NCBI GenBank assembly: GCA_002245135.1
Contig: NGBS01000588.1
Coordinates: forward strand, 186,001 to 250,000
DNA: 64,000 bases
From: Proteromonas lacertae
Taxonomy: Eukaryota
Direction of reading: 5' to 3'
Below are positions 38,625 through 50,753 of the stretch, one piece after another. The notes under the pieces are model-generated. The model ran no database searches and was not told the origin of the DNA. It was given only the letters and a program-made list of their open reading frames with translations. Position numbers and translations under genes: made by a program. Position 1 is the first letter of the stretch. Each line of letters begins with the position of its first letter.

Positions 38625-40848
38625 ATGTCTAGAGGAACAAAAGATGTTATAGATTTAGTAAATGAAACTAGAAATGCTATACAGACACGTTTACCAGGAG
38701 AAATGGGTATTTTTAGAGATTATTTTTGGTATAGACTCTTCTTTAATGGAAAATTTACAAAAATTGAAAGAATTGAGTAATGCTGATCAGGAAATAATAG
38801 ATAATTTAAAAGTATTCTACATTAGTATTAATAATCTGTTAGAAAAAAGTTAAAGACAATTTAGGACAAATAGATAAACTCAAGAAAGATATACAAACAC
38901 TAATTGGAGAAAAAGCAACTATTCAAAAACAATATGATGCAATTACAGGTATATCTTGTTATTTATAAGCATATATAATAGCCCAGCATGCAGCAGAAAG
39001 GAAGAAATATGATGTACTAAAAGAATCATATATAAAATTAAAGCAAGATAAGGAACAACTCGATTTATTACACAGACAAAATTCTGAGACTTTAAATGAA
39101 AAAATAAAAAATGTAACAAAATTAAGTCGTGAAAATGAAGAATTACGAATTGAATTAGATGGAATAAGAAAAGAAGTAGATGTAGTAAACCACAAACTTG
39201 ATACAAAAGATAAAGGCTGGGAAGCAAAAGTGCATGCATTAGAATATCAATTAACACAGTCCAAGCAAATGGATGAAAAGCTTCGAACTAAAATTAAAGG
39301 ATTAGAAGGGCAGATACAAGTATATATGGATAATGAGAAAGATGCGAATAATAGAATAAATGATTTAGAAAAGAGATTGGATAATACAACCAATAATTTA
39401 ACAAATATTAGTGAAGATTTTGAAAGACTTAAGAAAGCTAGAGATTCATTAGAAGTATATATAAAAATTATTGTTATATATATATATAGAAAGAATGTAA
39501 TCAATATAAATCAAAGAGTAAAGATTTAGATACAAAACTAAAAGCAAAAATTGTATATATATTTATTTATTATTAATAATTGTTATTTAGGAAGCTTTTA
39601 ATTTACTACAGAAGCAATATGATGAATTAGATTCAACATACAATAATGAAAATGTATTATATATTAATATTAGTATTATAATATTTATTTAGATGCTGTA
39701 TGAATCTCAACAAAAGAGACTTGAAAAATTAGAAGATGATTATAATTCATTACAAGAAATCTTAAATCGTCAACAACAATCAAACATGAAATTAAAAGAT
39801 CAAACATCAGAGTTTGACAGAATGAAAACTGAATTACAAAGTCAATCAAAACAATTGAAAGATCTTTCCAATTCATATGATCATAAATCAAAAGAGTTAG
39901 CAACGTTAATGACTTCTTACACTGAATTACAGTCGAGATATAAAGAATTAGAAGGAGTGAAAAATGATTCTAAAGATAAGTTAAATGAATTACAAGAAAC
40001 GATAAATAAACTTGAAAATGAGAATAGAAGTTTGAAAGAATCAAGCAGTAGAAATGAAAGTAGTAATCAGAAAATTGATGATTTGTATAAAGAAATTGAT
40101 TCTTTGAAAGCTATTAATAGTCAATATTCAGTATATATATGTTATTTATTCATTTGTTTTATTAGAATCAAATTAATACATTGAATCAGATGAAAGATAA
40201 TTTAACTTCAGAGAATGAGAGAATGAAAGTATAATTTATTGTATATAATAATATATAGAAAAGTCAAAATGAATTTGAAGATATTTTAAATCAAGTTAAA
40301 GCTGAAAGAGATGTATAGTTATTATTATTATTATTATTATTTATATAAATATAGTCATATAACACTGAAAGATTAAGATGGCAACATGAGAATGAAGTTA
40401 TACTAACAAAATACTCAGAATTAGAAAAAAACTCAAAACAAAATGAAATCGATTATAAAGAGCTGCAACAATCTAAAGAAGAGAAAGTAGAAATGCAAAA
40501 TAAGTGTATAGAATTAGAGGAGAGAGAAAAAGCATTGAAAAAAGGAATTGCTAATGTATTTATTATGATTTTAATTATCTTTAGATTAAATATATGCAAG
40601 AATCCTTAGAAACTGATCTAACATGTTTACATTGTATGCAAATATTTGAAGATCCGATTTCTCTGATTCCTTGTGGTCATTGTTATTGTCAGAAATGTAG
40701 TGATGGATATATGAAAGAATGTAGTGAATGTCATAAAAAACCAGAAGAAGGAGGTGAAGGAAAGACTTTCTTAAAAGCTACTACGTTAAAGACATTAACA
40801 GGCAAAATATCATTTTTGAAACAAGCATTAGCTAGTTTATCAAATTAA
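38625..40848 (+). CDS. Long coiled-coil protein with C-terminal RING finger
   Basis: Multi-exon heptad-rich protein ending LTCLHCMQIFEDPISLIPCGHCYCQKC...CSEC. Confidence 0.8.
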
Positions 40849-40904
40849 AATAATTTTATGATTTATACATTTTTTTAAAAACAACACATTTTATTAATGA
40901 AATT

Positions 40905-43900
40905 TTATTCGATGTTAAAGAATTCTTTTGATAATTCTTCCTTTTCTTCTTCTGAAATACCTGTCAATTTTATTACTCCAATTGGTATGAAAGTTTCTAA
41001 AAATGATTTTATTTTCATTCTTTCAATGCTTTGATTAATTGTTATTGCTAATTCATATAATTGTTTTAACATCTCTCTGTTTTGTAACATAATTTTTAAC
41101 TCATCTTGATCTAATTCATTTCCTGATATATCTAGATTGTGAATAAGATCATAATTCTTTAATCTTTCTATTAACATTTTTAATCCTTTTTTAGTCATTC
41201 CAATATCTATTGATGCTATAAACAAAAATAAATACTTGAAAGATTTAGAGATATTAGAGTATTTCTCTCATCTTTTTCTACAAATATATCTAAATTTCTG
41301 CTTATTGTCTCAATTCCATCATCTCCAATTGGATTACTATGAATTGATATATATTGTGAATATCTTGGCAAATGATCAGTCAATTCTTTTAACCCTTTTG
41401 AAGTAATTTTATTATCGCACAAATCAAGTCTCCAATAATGAATCTGTTTAATCTTTAAAATGTGAGAATCATTAATATTCACATCTATTTCATTATACAT
41501 GAATAATAATTTATACTTGATAAATCATATTCTTCTCTATAATCTTTTCTATTCTTTTTAATACAATAATTCAAATAATATTCCAATTCTTCATTTGTCC
41601 ATAAAAAACATTTCATTTCTGTAAATGGATATTCTTCTTTTTCTATTGATTTTGAACATATTGTCTTTAATCCATTCATTCTGATGTTATTTCCTTTTAG
41701 ATTTATTCTATCATATTCTCTAATTGAATCTAATGCATTTGTTAATAATATTACACTTTCATCATCTATTGAAATATCACTTAAATCTATTTCAGAAACT
41801 TCATTAACTAACATATATAAATAATGCATCAATAATCTAAATCCAGAATTACCAATTGGATTATCTAATAACATATTAATTCATTATAGCCATACTATGA
41901 ATACTTATTCTCCACATATGATTACTTTGTTTTACATAATTCATCAAATATTCTATTCCTTCTGAATCAATATGATTATCATTTATAAAAAGAAAAAAAA
42001 CTTCTTCATATCCACATATATCATAGTAGTTATAATTAATGTTATTCAGATTATCAACAATATATTTCAGTCCTTCAGAAGATAATCCCATTTCTATTAA
42101 CAATTAAAAGATAATTACAATACCAGAGCAATTAATACTATTACAATCTTGAATTAAATGCAAATAAGAAGATAATATTTGCATTCCCTCATCTCCTATT
42201 TCATTTCCATTTAAATGGAGTTGTCTTAAATATCGAAAAGAATATGCTTTGTTAATTAACATTTTAATACTTTTGAATGTTAGTTTGTTATCTAAATAAT
42301 ACAAAAACATCATATTATACATCTCAAATCTAACTTGCTAACTACTCTCAATTCATTTGATCTTAATGATATGAATGATTTGAAAATATTATCATCAATA
42401 TTCAAGTTACTAAGATCAGCTCCATAACCATAATAAGCATCACAATAACAATCATATTCTAAAACATATTTATATATTATGTAATGAATAAACCTTGGAA
42501 TTTCCTTATCAATTAAATATCTTTTATTCACATTAAAACATAAGCTAGAAAATTTTGACAATAATATCTTTATTCTATTTGTATGTATTCTTTTGTTGTA
42601 TTTTATATTTATTCTCTTAAGATAAGGATATTTGCATAATTTTTCTGATAATAATACCATTGACTGATCATTGAGATTCATTCCTTCAAGATTCATTTCA
42701 TTATCTTTGTTGATTAATAAGTGTAAGTATGGAAGTAATAATTTGAAGCCTTTTGGACCAATAGGATTATCTATTTCAAAATAGATTAATAACAGAATAT
42801 ATACATTCAAGATTTACATATTTCAATTTCATGAAAGCAATTGATTTGATGAAACATTCAACGAAATCAGAAGTAAAATTACAGTATGATAAATCTAATA
42901 ATTGTAGATTTGATAATTGAGAAAAGCATCTTCCAAATAATGATTGACATTGAATTGGAATTCTTTCATTATCTAAATAGATATAAAAATTATCATAATA
43001 CCAAATTTGAGATTAGATGGACTGATTAACTTCAATATTCTGAACAAATAATTTGTTCCTTCTTCACATGAACAAAAACAATATGAGAAAATTTTGATTA
43101 TTCTCATGTCAAAAAAAATATTAAATATCATTTCATCTAAACAACATTCTCTTCCTTCTTTACATTGGTGATGAATTTGAAATTTCAATCTATCTTTTAT
43201 TACATGATCATAACAATCTTTTTTGTACAATTTCATCATCAATAGTATTGACAGTAGTCTCTCATTTGGTTTATTATTATAAGATTCTATCAATGAATCT
43301 CGAATTTCAATCCATTTTTTATTTTCAACATAATATTTTGATGGATATATTATTGGAAATTTAACAATTGTATTATCATTATTTAATAATATTTCTTTTC
43401 TTTCTTTACATATTATTAAACTATCTTCATCATCTCTCAACATTTCACTCATTTTTGTCATTTCTTTTTTCAACTCTTTTAAACTCAATCTATTTTCATT
43501 TCTCACTTTCAACATTCTTTCTATCATCTCTTTCATTTCATCATCACATTTTACATTAAAACTGTATTTACATTTCAGAATATTCTCTTTTGTTTCACTC
43601 ATATCATCATCTTCATTGAATGGCAATTTCTTTAAAATCATTTCATATAAAATGCAACCAATTGACCAAACCACACTTTTCTCATTACATTTTAAGCCAA
43701 TCAACTCTTCTGGGCTTTTGAAACAAACATCATATACTCTCATTTCTTCATTTTTTCTTAATATATTCAAAAATAAATCACACATTTTTATGTTATTAGC
43801 ATCTTCATATATTATATTACTACTCTTTAAATTACTTAATACTATACCATATTTACTTAATATCATCAACGTCTCACATAATGAATAGATTATATGGCAG

Positions 43901-44268
43901 ATATCACTTCTTGACAGCGATTTATAAAGAATTATACCTTCTATATCAACATCATAGTATTCTCGTGATATTATAATATGTTCACTGTCATTATTCATTT
44001 GGTGCATTATAAAAGGATAAATCGAGGTTGAACAGCAAACTGATTGAAATGAGATAGTCTCATGTAAATATAATACATCTGTGTCTTTTATTCCAGAAAT
44101 ATTTAGGATTTTCACAACTTTTACATCGTTTTGCTTTTGTATTACCAGATCTACTTCATTACTACTTTTTTCAACTCTTCCTTTTATCTATACGAATAAA
44201 AAAATATCAAATACTTGTGCTTCAGTTGGTAATATGGAAGGCATAGCATCATCTAGCAAAGTTCTCAT
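40905..44268 (-). CDS. Second pseudokinase + LRR protein
   Basis: IVLSNLKSSNII (no HRD), CDLF (no DFG), FKSPEE, VWSIGCILYE. LRRs such as LRQLHLNGNEIGDEG; seven phase-1 introns in the LRR region. Confidence 0.85.
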
Positions 44269-44396
44269 TTCAAATATATAGTCGTTTCGTTTATGTAATT
44301 TTTTATGTAAATTCTTTTTACATAAACTTACAAGACCCCCCAAAAATCATTCAATAATAACAATAAAAATGGTATAAAGATGAATAATCACATGAT

Positions 44397-44895
44397 TTAA
44401 AGCTGATTTCGTAAATTTGAGCATAATTCTTCTAAAGCTTCTATTAACAACAATAAATAATGAAAATATAATACTTCCAGATGATAACACCTTAATACCT
44501 CTTTTAGCTGATTCATTTATATCCAATTTATTCATTTTTCCACTACTAACACAATTCATACAACTACAACCTTCTATTCCACATCCTTGACTATACTGTT
44601 GAATTAATAATTTCAACATTTTCTTTGCATTACTTAATGAAGGTAAATTTGTTGTTGTTGTTGCTGCTGCTGCAGTGGGAACTGGTGGAGGAATAAATGG
44701 AGTAGTGGTAGCGGTTGATGGTTTTTGAGTTTGTATTTGTGGCTGTTTCCCTAACTCACCTCTTTGTAATTTCCATTCTACTGATCCAGTTGATCTTCCT
44801 TTTTCCTCTAACTCTTTCAACTCACGATTATTACCATTTAAATATGGTAATATCGATTTTTCATGTTTATATATATCATATACATGACTTAATTC

Positions 44896-44931
<36 letters not shown>

Positions 44932-45347
44932 TTCCTTTAGGATATGCTTGTAATAAACATTTTATATTATAACAATTAACAAGACTTTCAACTATCTTTT
45001 CATCATTAATTATTCTTCTTCTTCTCTCATTTACTTCATCTAAATGAACACTGTATCTACAAATAACATCAACTACATTATAAGGATTAAATGCAACAAT
45101 GTAATTCAATTTTTTACCCCATCCATTTTCATACATCAATGGACAATCAAATGCATTTTCACAAGAATCACAGTGATACCACAAATGATTCTTAAATGAA
45201 TATATTTCACTCCAAACATGATCAGTCCAATCCATTACGTATCGATAATATAAACCAACAGATCGACATATTAAACAAAATGCATTAGCAAATTCACCAC
45301 ATCTACCTTTTCTAGTCTATATAAGCAAAATTAATAATAATAATAAA

Positions 45348-45378
<31 letters not shown>

Positions 45379-46516
45379 CTTCCATCAATTTAGCTGGATG
45401 ATTGTAACGAACAAACCTAGTTTGTCTATGACATGTATTACATTCACTAAATAATAATAATAATAATATATTTCTATACTATAATTCCACTCTTCCACCC
45501 ATCCATCTCATATCTTCTGCTGTTGGTTGAGCACTTCCTATCCCATGGGTTGCATTCTTACAATAATCGCATTTTGGTTCATTTACCCATTCGAAGAATT
45601 CATTTTTAAACCAATTTAATAATACGATTGTTATTGCTTCATCAAATCCTATGTTCTTATCACTTCTTAATTTTTCATAAGTTAATTTGTATATTTTATC
45701 AAGTGGAATATTCTTTAATGCTGCTTCTTGATTACTATTTCATAATAAATATATAAATATAATACTTTTCAAATTCATATAATTGAACTGTTGATATACA
45801 CGATTTTATTCTTTGTTCAAACTCTTTTACTGTTGGTATTTCATAAGTAATGGAATTATTATTTCGATTTATATTTTCTAGAGTTTCATTACTCTTTAAT
45901 TCGACATAATTCTTTGCTTCATTTAACAATTCTGGAGATAATTTTATTGAATTTATTTCATTGTGGTATTTACAATCATCTCCACATTCGCATTCATGTT
46001 TTTCAGAGGATTTTCTTAAGTCAAATTCACAATTCTTTTTGTCATTACATACACTATGACAACATTCACATACATTTTTATTTGAACCATTTACGTTGTA
46101 TATATTCTATCAATAAAAATATTATATATATATACTTGAACTATTTCACCTGGAATGTAAGCTTTAGTACAAATATCACCAATATGTGGTACTTTTACAG
46201 TTATATCAAGTTTTTCTTTTTCTATATAACTAATTAATTGAGTCAGTATATAAATATTGCATCCATGTAGTAGTTTACTAACATCTTCACTATTTTTTAT
46301 AAACAAACCATTATTCCTTACTAATACCTATTTTCATGAAATATAATTTATCCTTGATTCATACTTGATGAGTTGGATGTATTTCAAATAGAGAATAAAT
46401 CAACAATTGAAAATCTTCGAAACTAATCATTTCATCAACTTCAATCCTTTCACTATACATCACATAATTATATTATCATACTGTCTCTCTCGAAAATATA
46501 CGTTTATTTCTTTCAT
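44397..46516 (-). CDS. PNG1: Peptide:N-glycanase with N-terminal Ubl-like and C-terminal AZUL-like domains
   Basis: LLNWFKNEFFEWVNEPKC, RFVRYNHPAKL, TRKGRCGEFANAF, DWTDHVWSEIY, WYHCDSCE (C-H-D triad), GRSTGSVEW. Confidence 0.9.
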
Positions 46517-46624
46517 TTTTTCAAATTTATTAAAATATTAAAACGACTATTTTTTTTAGTAAATAACGAATATATTTTAAAAGTCAAATAACTCTGAATA
46601 GACTGCTTACTTGTTGAAATAACT

Positions 46625-47740
46625 ATGCAAATTAGCTGTTCAGATAGTTTTCTGACTGGAAATACTAATTATTTCAGACAAGAACACTCCATGTATTTTA
46701 TTGTCAATCTATTTTCTATAGAAACTTATCAGAAGATGAAGTATAATATGAATTTATAGTGATATACATTTAGATTGAATTAGTTCCAAACAGTTCTTCA
46801 GAAACAAAGATTGGAATCAAGCCAAAGACTCAAAAAATACATCCTTTTAATTTTAGTAAAAACATATTAAGTCCCAACAAGCATATTACTTCAATACCCA
46901 AACATATAAATAAACCAGTCATTACTCCACTTGTTCATTCTCCAATACGAGAACAATCACCTTCACGTAGATCTCACCTTCTAACTCCTCTTACTACATC
47001 ATTACATAGTTTAAAAAAGAATATAGAAACTGATGTTAGTGTAAAAATCCCTCCCCGATTTCCACCAGGAGCAGCTCCACTGAATGCTTGTATAAAATTA
47101 CAACCTGTAAATAAACAACTAGTATCTGAAGTTTCAATATTATCTAAACAAAGTATAATTATATATATTATAATCAAACATAGCTTCAACATTATATATA
47201 TACTGGATTGATAATAGTTTTGAACCAATACCTTACACAACTGATGAATATGTAGGTAAACCTCCTTCTTCTCTATTAAATACATTATATAATTTAGTAA
47301 TAAGAAGATGGGGTTTACCTTGTGATCCAATACGAGGTCATATGTCTCAATGGCATTTTGATGGAAGTTCACCTTATTTACCTTATAATGGAGTGAAGTG
47401 TATATTGAGTCCAGGAGATTTAGGTGAATTGTTGGTAATGCATAGACATTTCAATGTGAAAACTGATTTGAAAGTTCATATGACTCCTTCTCATTTAGAT
47501 ATGATGATTGATAGACAAGTACAACAATTACAACAGCAGCAACAGCAACAACAGAATAATGATAAAGTTTTATCTCCTAGTAGAAGAAAAACTATTCTTA
47601 GTGTTTCTACTAGTAATACTGGAAGGAAACAAGATGATATGTGCTTCTCTCCAATAAGAAGTCGTTCAAATCAGTATCATATGATACAACAAACTGTATT
47701 TAATGATCAAGTAGAGTTGTTAGATCCTGATGATCTGTAA
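46625..47740 (+). CDS. Hypothetical protein, S/P-rich
   Basis: Spliced frame from MQISCSDS to DPDDL*. The junction near 47120-47182 is ambiguous. Confidence 0.55.
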
Positions 47741-48001
47741 AGTAATAATAATTATGTAATTTTTAACTAATTGAATTTGTTTGTCTAATTGAGGATTACG
47801 AAAAAATAAACGTGTAAATTATGTTATTAATTATTAATAAGATTATTTTGCATAATAGACTCATCAAATTCTTTCATTATTCTCTTAAATACCGTTTCAA
47901 GTACTTTTGCAAAATAGATTTAAAAATTCATTTAAATTTTATATCTTCTTTACACTTCGATCTGTTGCATTAAAACTGCATTTTTATCAAAAGTTATCCA
48001 A

Positions 48002-48597
48002 ATGACAGAATATATAACACAAATTGAAATATTAAAAGACGAATCGACGGTTAAAGAATCAATTCCTAACTGTTGTTGTTTAGAAAATTCAGAAGAAGTT
48101 TTGCCAAATATTGGATATAACAAATCTTTCGTGGATGTGTCGCCAGACCTTTTGTCACCTATTTCAATAATCAACAGCCAAACTACAGAAATAGAAAAAG
48201 CCATTTTAGTAGAAAAGATGAATAAAACGCTTCTAAAATATAGAGAACAACACATTAACCCAGCTTCAAAAGATTTTGAAAAACATCTTAATAAAAAGAT
48301 GATGATAAAATATGAATATGAAAGTAAACGCGAAATGAAGTATGCAATTTATCCAGAGCCAAAAGATGTCAGTATATTCATCCATAAATATATTATTTTT
48401 AGATGGATCATCAATGTGATAGAGAAATAAGAAAAGAATATCAATCATTTATACCAGTAAGATCAGTAGATTGTGATAGCATTGAAGTCCAGTTTCATTT
48501 ACTTGAAGAATTTAAAGATCTAGGAGCATGGCCAGGAACTCACTCAAGAATAGCAGAAACAGGTTATATAAGTAATTTAAAAAAGATGAAAGAATAA
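48002..48597 (+). CDS. Hypothetical protein
   Basis: Two ORFs joined by a ~30-nt GT-AG intron near 48372-48402. Confidence 0.6.
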
Positions 48598-48784
48598 TAA
48601 GAATAAAGTTGTATTAGTTAATAACACAGTCAAATTCTTTATTTAATTACAATTATATTGCACAATTTATGCATTTTGTATTACCTTTATATCATTTTTA
48701 AATTAAGTATTCTTTTTTTACTTTTTTATTCAATTTGTCTTATTGGGATAATATATAACAAGAAAAAATAATAGAAAAAACAAT

Positions 48785-49044
48785 CTAATCATTTAATTCA
48801 TTCTCAATAAACTCATCTAAATTACCATCATCATCATCATCACCACTACTTGCATCTTTCAATAATTCATCTAACTCATCATCATCTACATCATCATCAT
48901 CTTCTTCTTCCTCCTCTTGTACAACTGGTTTTATATCTTCTTCATTATTCTGTTGTTGTTCTACTGGTGGTTCTATAACATCTGAATTGAGTTGTAATGT
49001 TTCTGTTGTTTTGATTGTTGCTGTACTTAGTGTAGGACTCTATA

Positions 49045-49081
<37 letters not shown>

Positions 49082-49864
49082 TAATCACTGAAGGAGTTAC
49101 AGTTTGCTGTGTTTGTTGTAAATTTACTTGAGGTAAATGATTTTGATTTTGTTGAGCATTCACTTGAGGTGAAATTGGAATAACATTCTGTTGTTGTTGT
49201 TGTTGTTGTTGTATTGGTTGAGTATTATTATTGGTAGCTGCTGTTAAATTGTCTGAATTTAATCCTTTATTTGATTGGTTATATAACATTTGAGCTTTTT
49301 CCATACAACTAGCTACTATTATATCAACACGATAGAAATAATTTCTCCAAAAGTCATTTTCATTCATATCAGTTCTTCTTATCATCTTTAATGATCTATC
49401 TCTCAATCTAGTATCTTCTTCGCATAATCTAAAAGCTAATTGTGATCTTTTTAAAAGATCAAAATCTGTATATACACCATCTGGTGGTGGGACACGAAAT
49501 ATTTTTTCATCTTCTGATAGTTTAAATACTTCTTGCTTACACTCATCTTGTAAATCACCTATATTTGGTTGTTCCCATGGTAATACTGTCTCATAATCAA
49601 CAGTATTGGCTAGCATAAAATATAATAAATATACCAGCTTCAAATTTATCTCTTTCAACAGTAAATTGGTTGGACATATCTTGAGTTACATCTTTTAAAT
49701 CCTATACAATTAATAATTTAATGATACTTTAGCAACTGTTTCAACAACTTGCTTTGACTTTTCAGCAACAGCATTTATGAAACCTATATGTATTTTAAAT
49801 ATTCTATCATACTTCCAATACTAAACCATGATGACTGACCACTTTGTTGTTGCTGGCTAGACAT
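48785..49864 (-). CDS. BSD-domain protein (SYAP1-like)
   Basis: LPWE, then MNENDFWRNYFYRV BSD signature; acidic C-terminus. Confidence 0.8.
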
Positions 49865-50128
49865 AGGAAACTGAATAGAAAAAGACTAAAATTTTCAAGC
49901 TTTTTTATTTCCCACAAGCCTGAAACTCCTATATATTTATTAATTGAATAACTTCATTAATAAATAAAATTATGAATTAAAATTGGAAAGATTGAATCTT
50001 TATGTTTTTATCTATACATTGATTGTGTGATCTTATCTGTATTTTTTTCTTTAAATTTGTCAAGCTTTTTCATTTTCATTTTCATTTTGATTTTTTTAAA
50101 ATTCTACTTCATGAATGGAGAATAGATT

Positions 50129-50621
50129 ATGGAAAACTATGTTATTGAAAAAGAAATTGGTACAGGTGGATTTGGAGAAGTATATAAAGGTAGAATTAAA
50201 AAGAATGAAGAAGAAGTAGCAATAAAACTCATTCCAGTTAGTTTTTCAAAAGAAAAATCAATCAATACAGCTCTTCAAGAAGTACATATCAATTATATAT
50301 ATTTTCAAGGTAAATATTCTAAAAAGTTTCAATTGTGAATATATAGTAACATTTTACGATGTTTTTTGTTCTACATATAACAGCATAAATTCAATAATGC
50401 TGGTAATGTCATTCTATAGCAAAGGTGATTTAAACAATTTCATCAGAAACATACGAAGCTTAGGTTCAGAGGTAGAAGAATTTGTATATAAACTTACTAA
50501 TAATGATAAGAATAATAAAATTGAATTACCATACAGAGAAAAAGTAGTAATTGATATTTGTACATTTCTAGTTGTATTATGCTTTATTTCAATAATAGTT
50601 TCTATTTTTTTAGCTATTTAA
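50129..50621 (+). CDS. Truncated kinase (N-lobe only) with hydrophobic C-terminal tail
   Basis: IGTGGFGEVYKG, VAIK, ALQE|VNIL, LVMSFYSKGDL, then no HRD/DFG region. Ends ICTFLVVLCFISIIVSIFLAI*. Confidence 0.65.
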
Positions 50622-50753
50622 TAATTATTTATTTTTGTATACATTTGTTAAGATAGTTTGTTTATGTGTAAATTTTGTAATTTGTGACTGTAAAATGAAT
50701 GAAAAACATACCAAAAAAACACCCTATTTTGTTTTTCTGGTTTTTACATTAGC

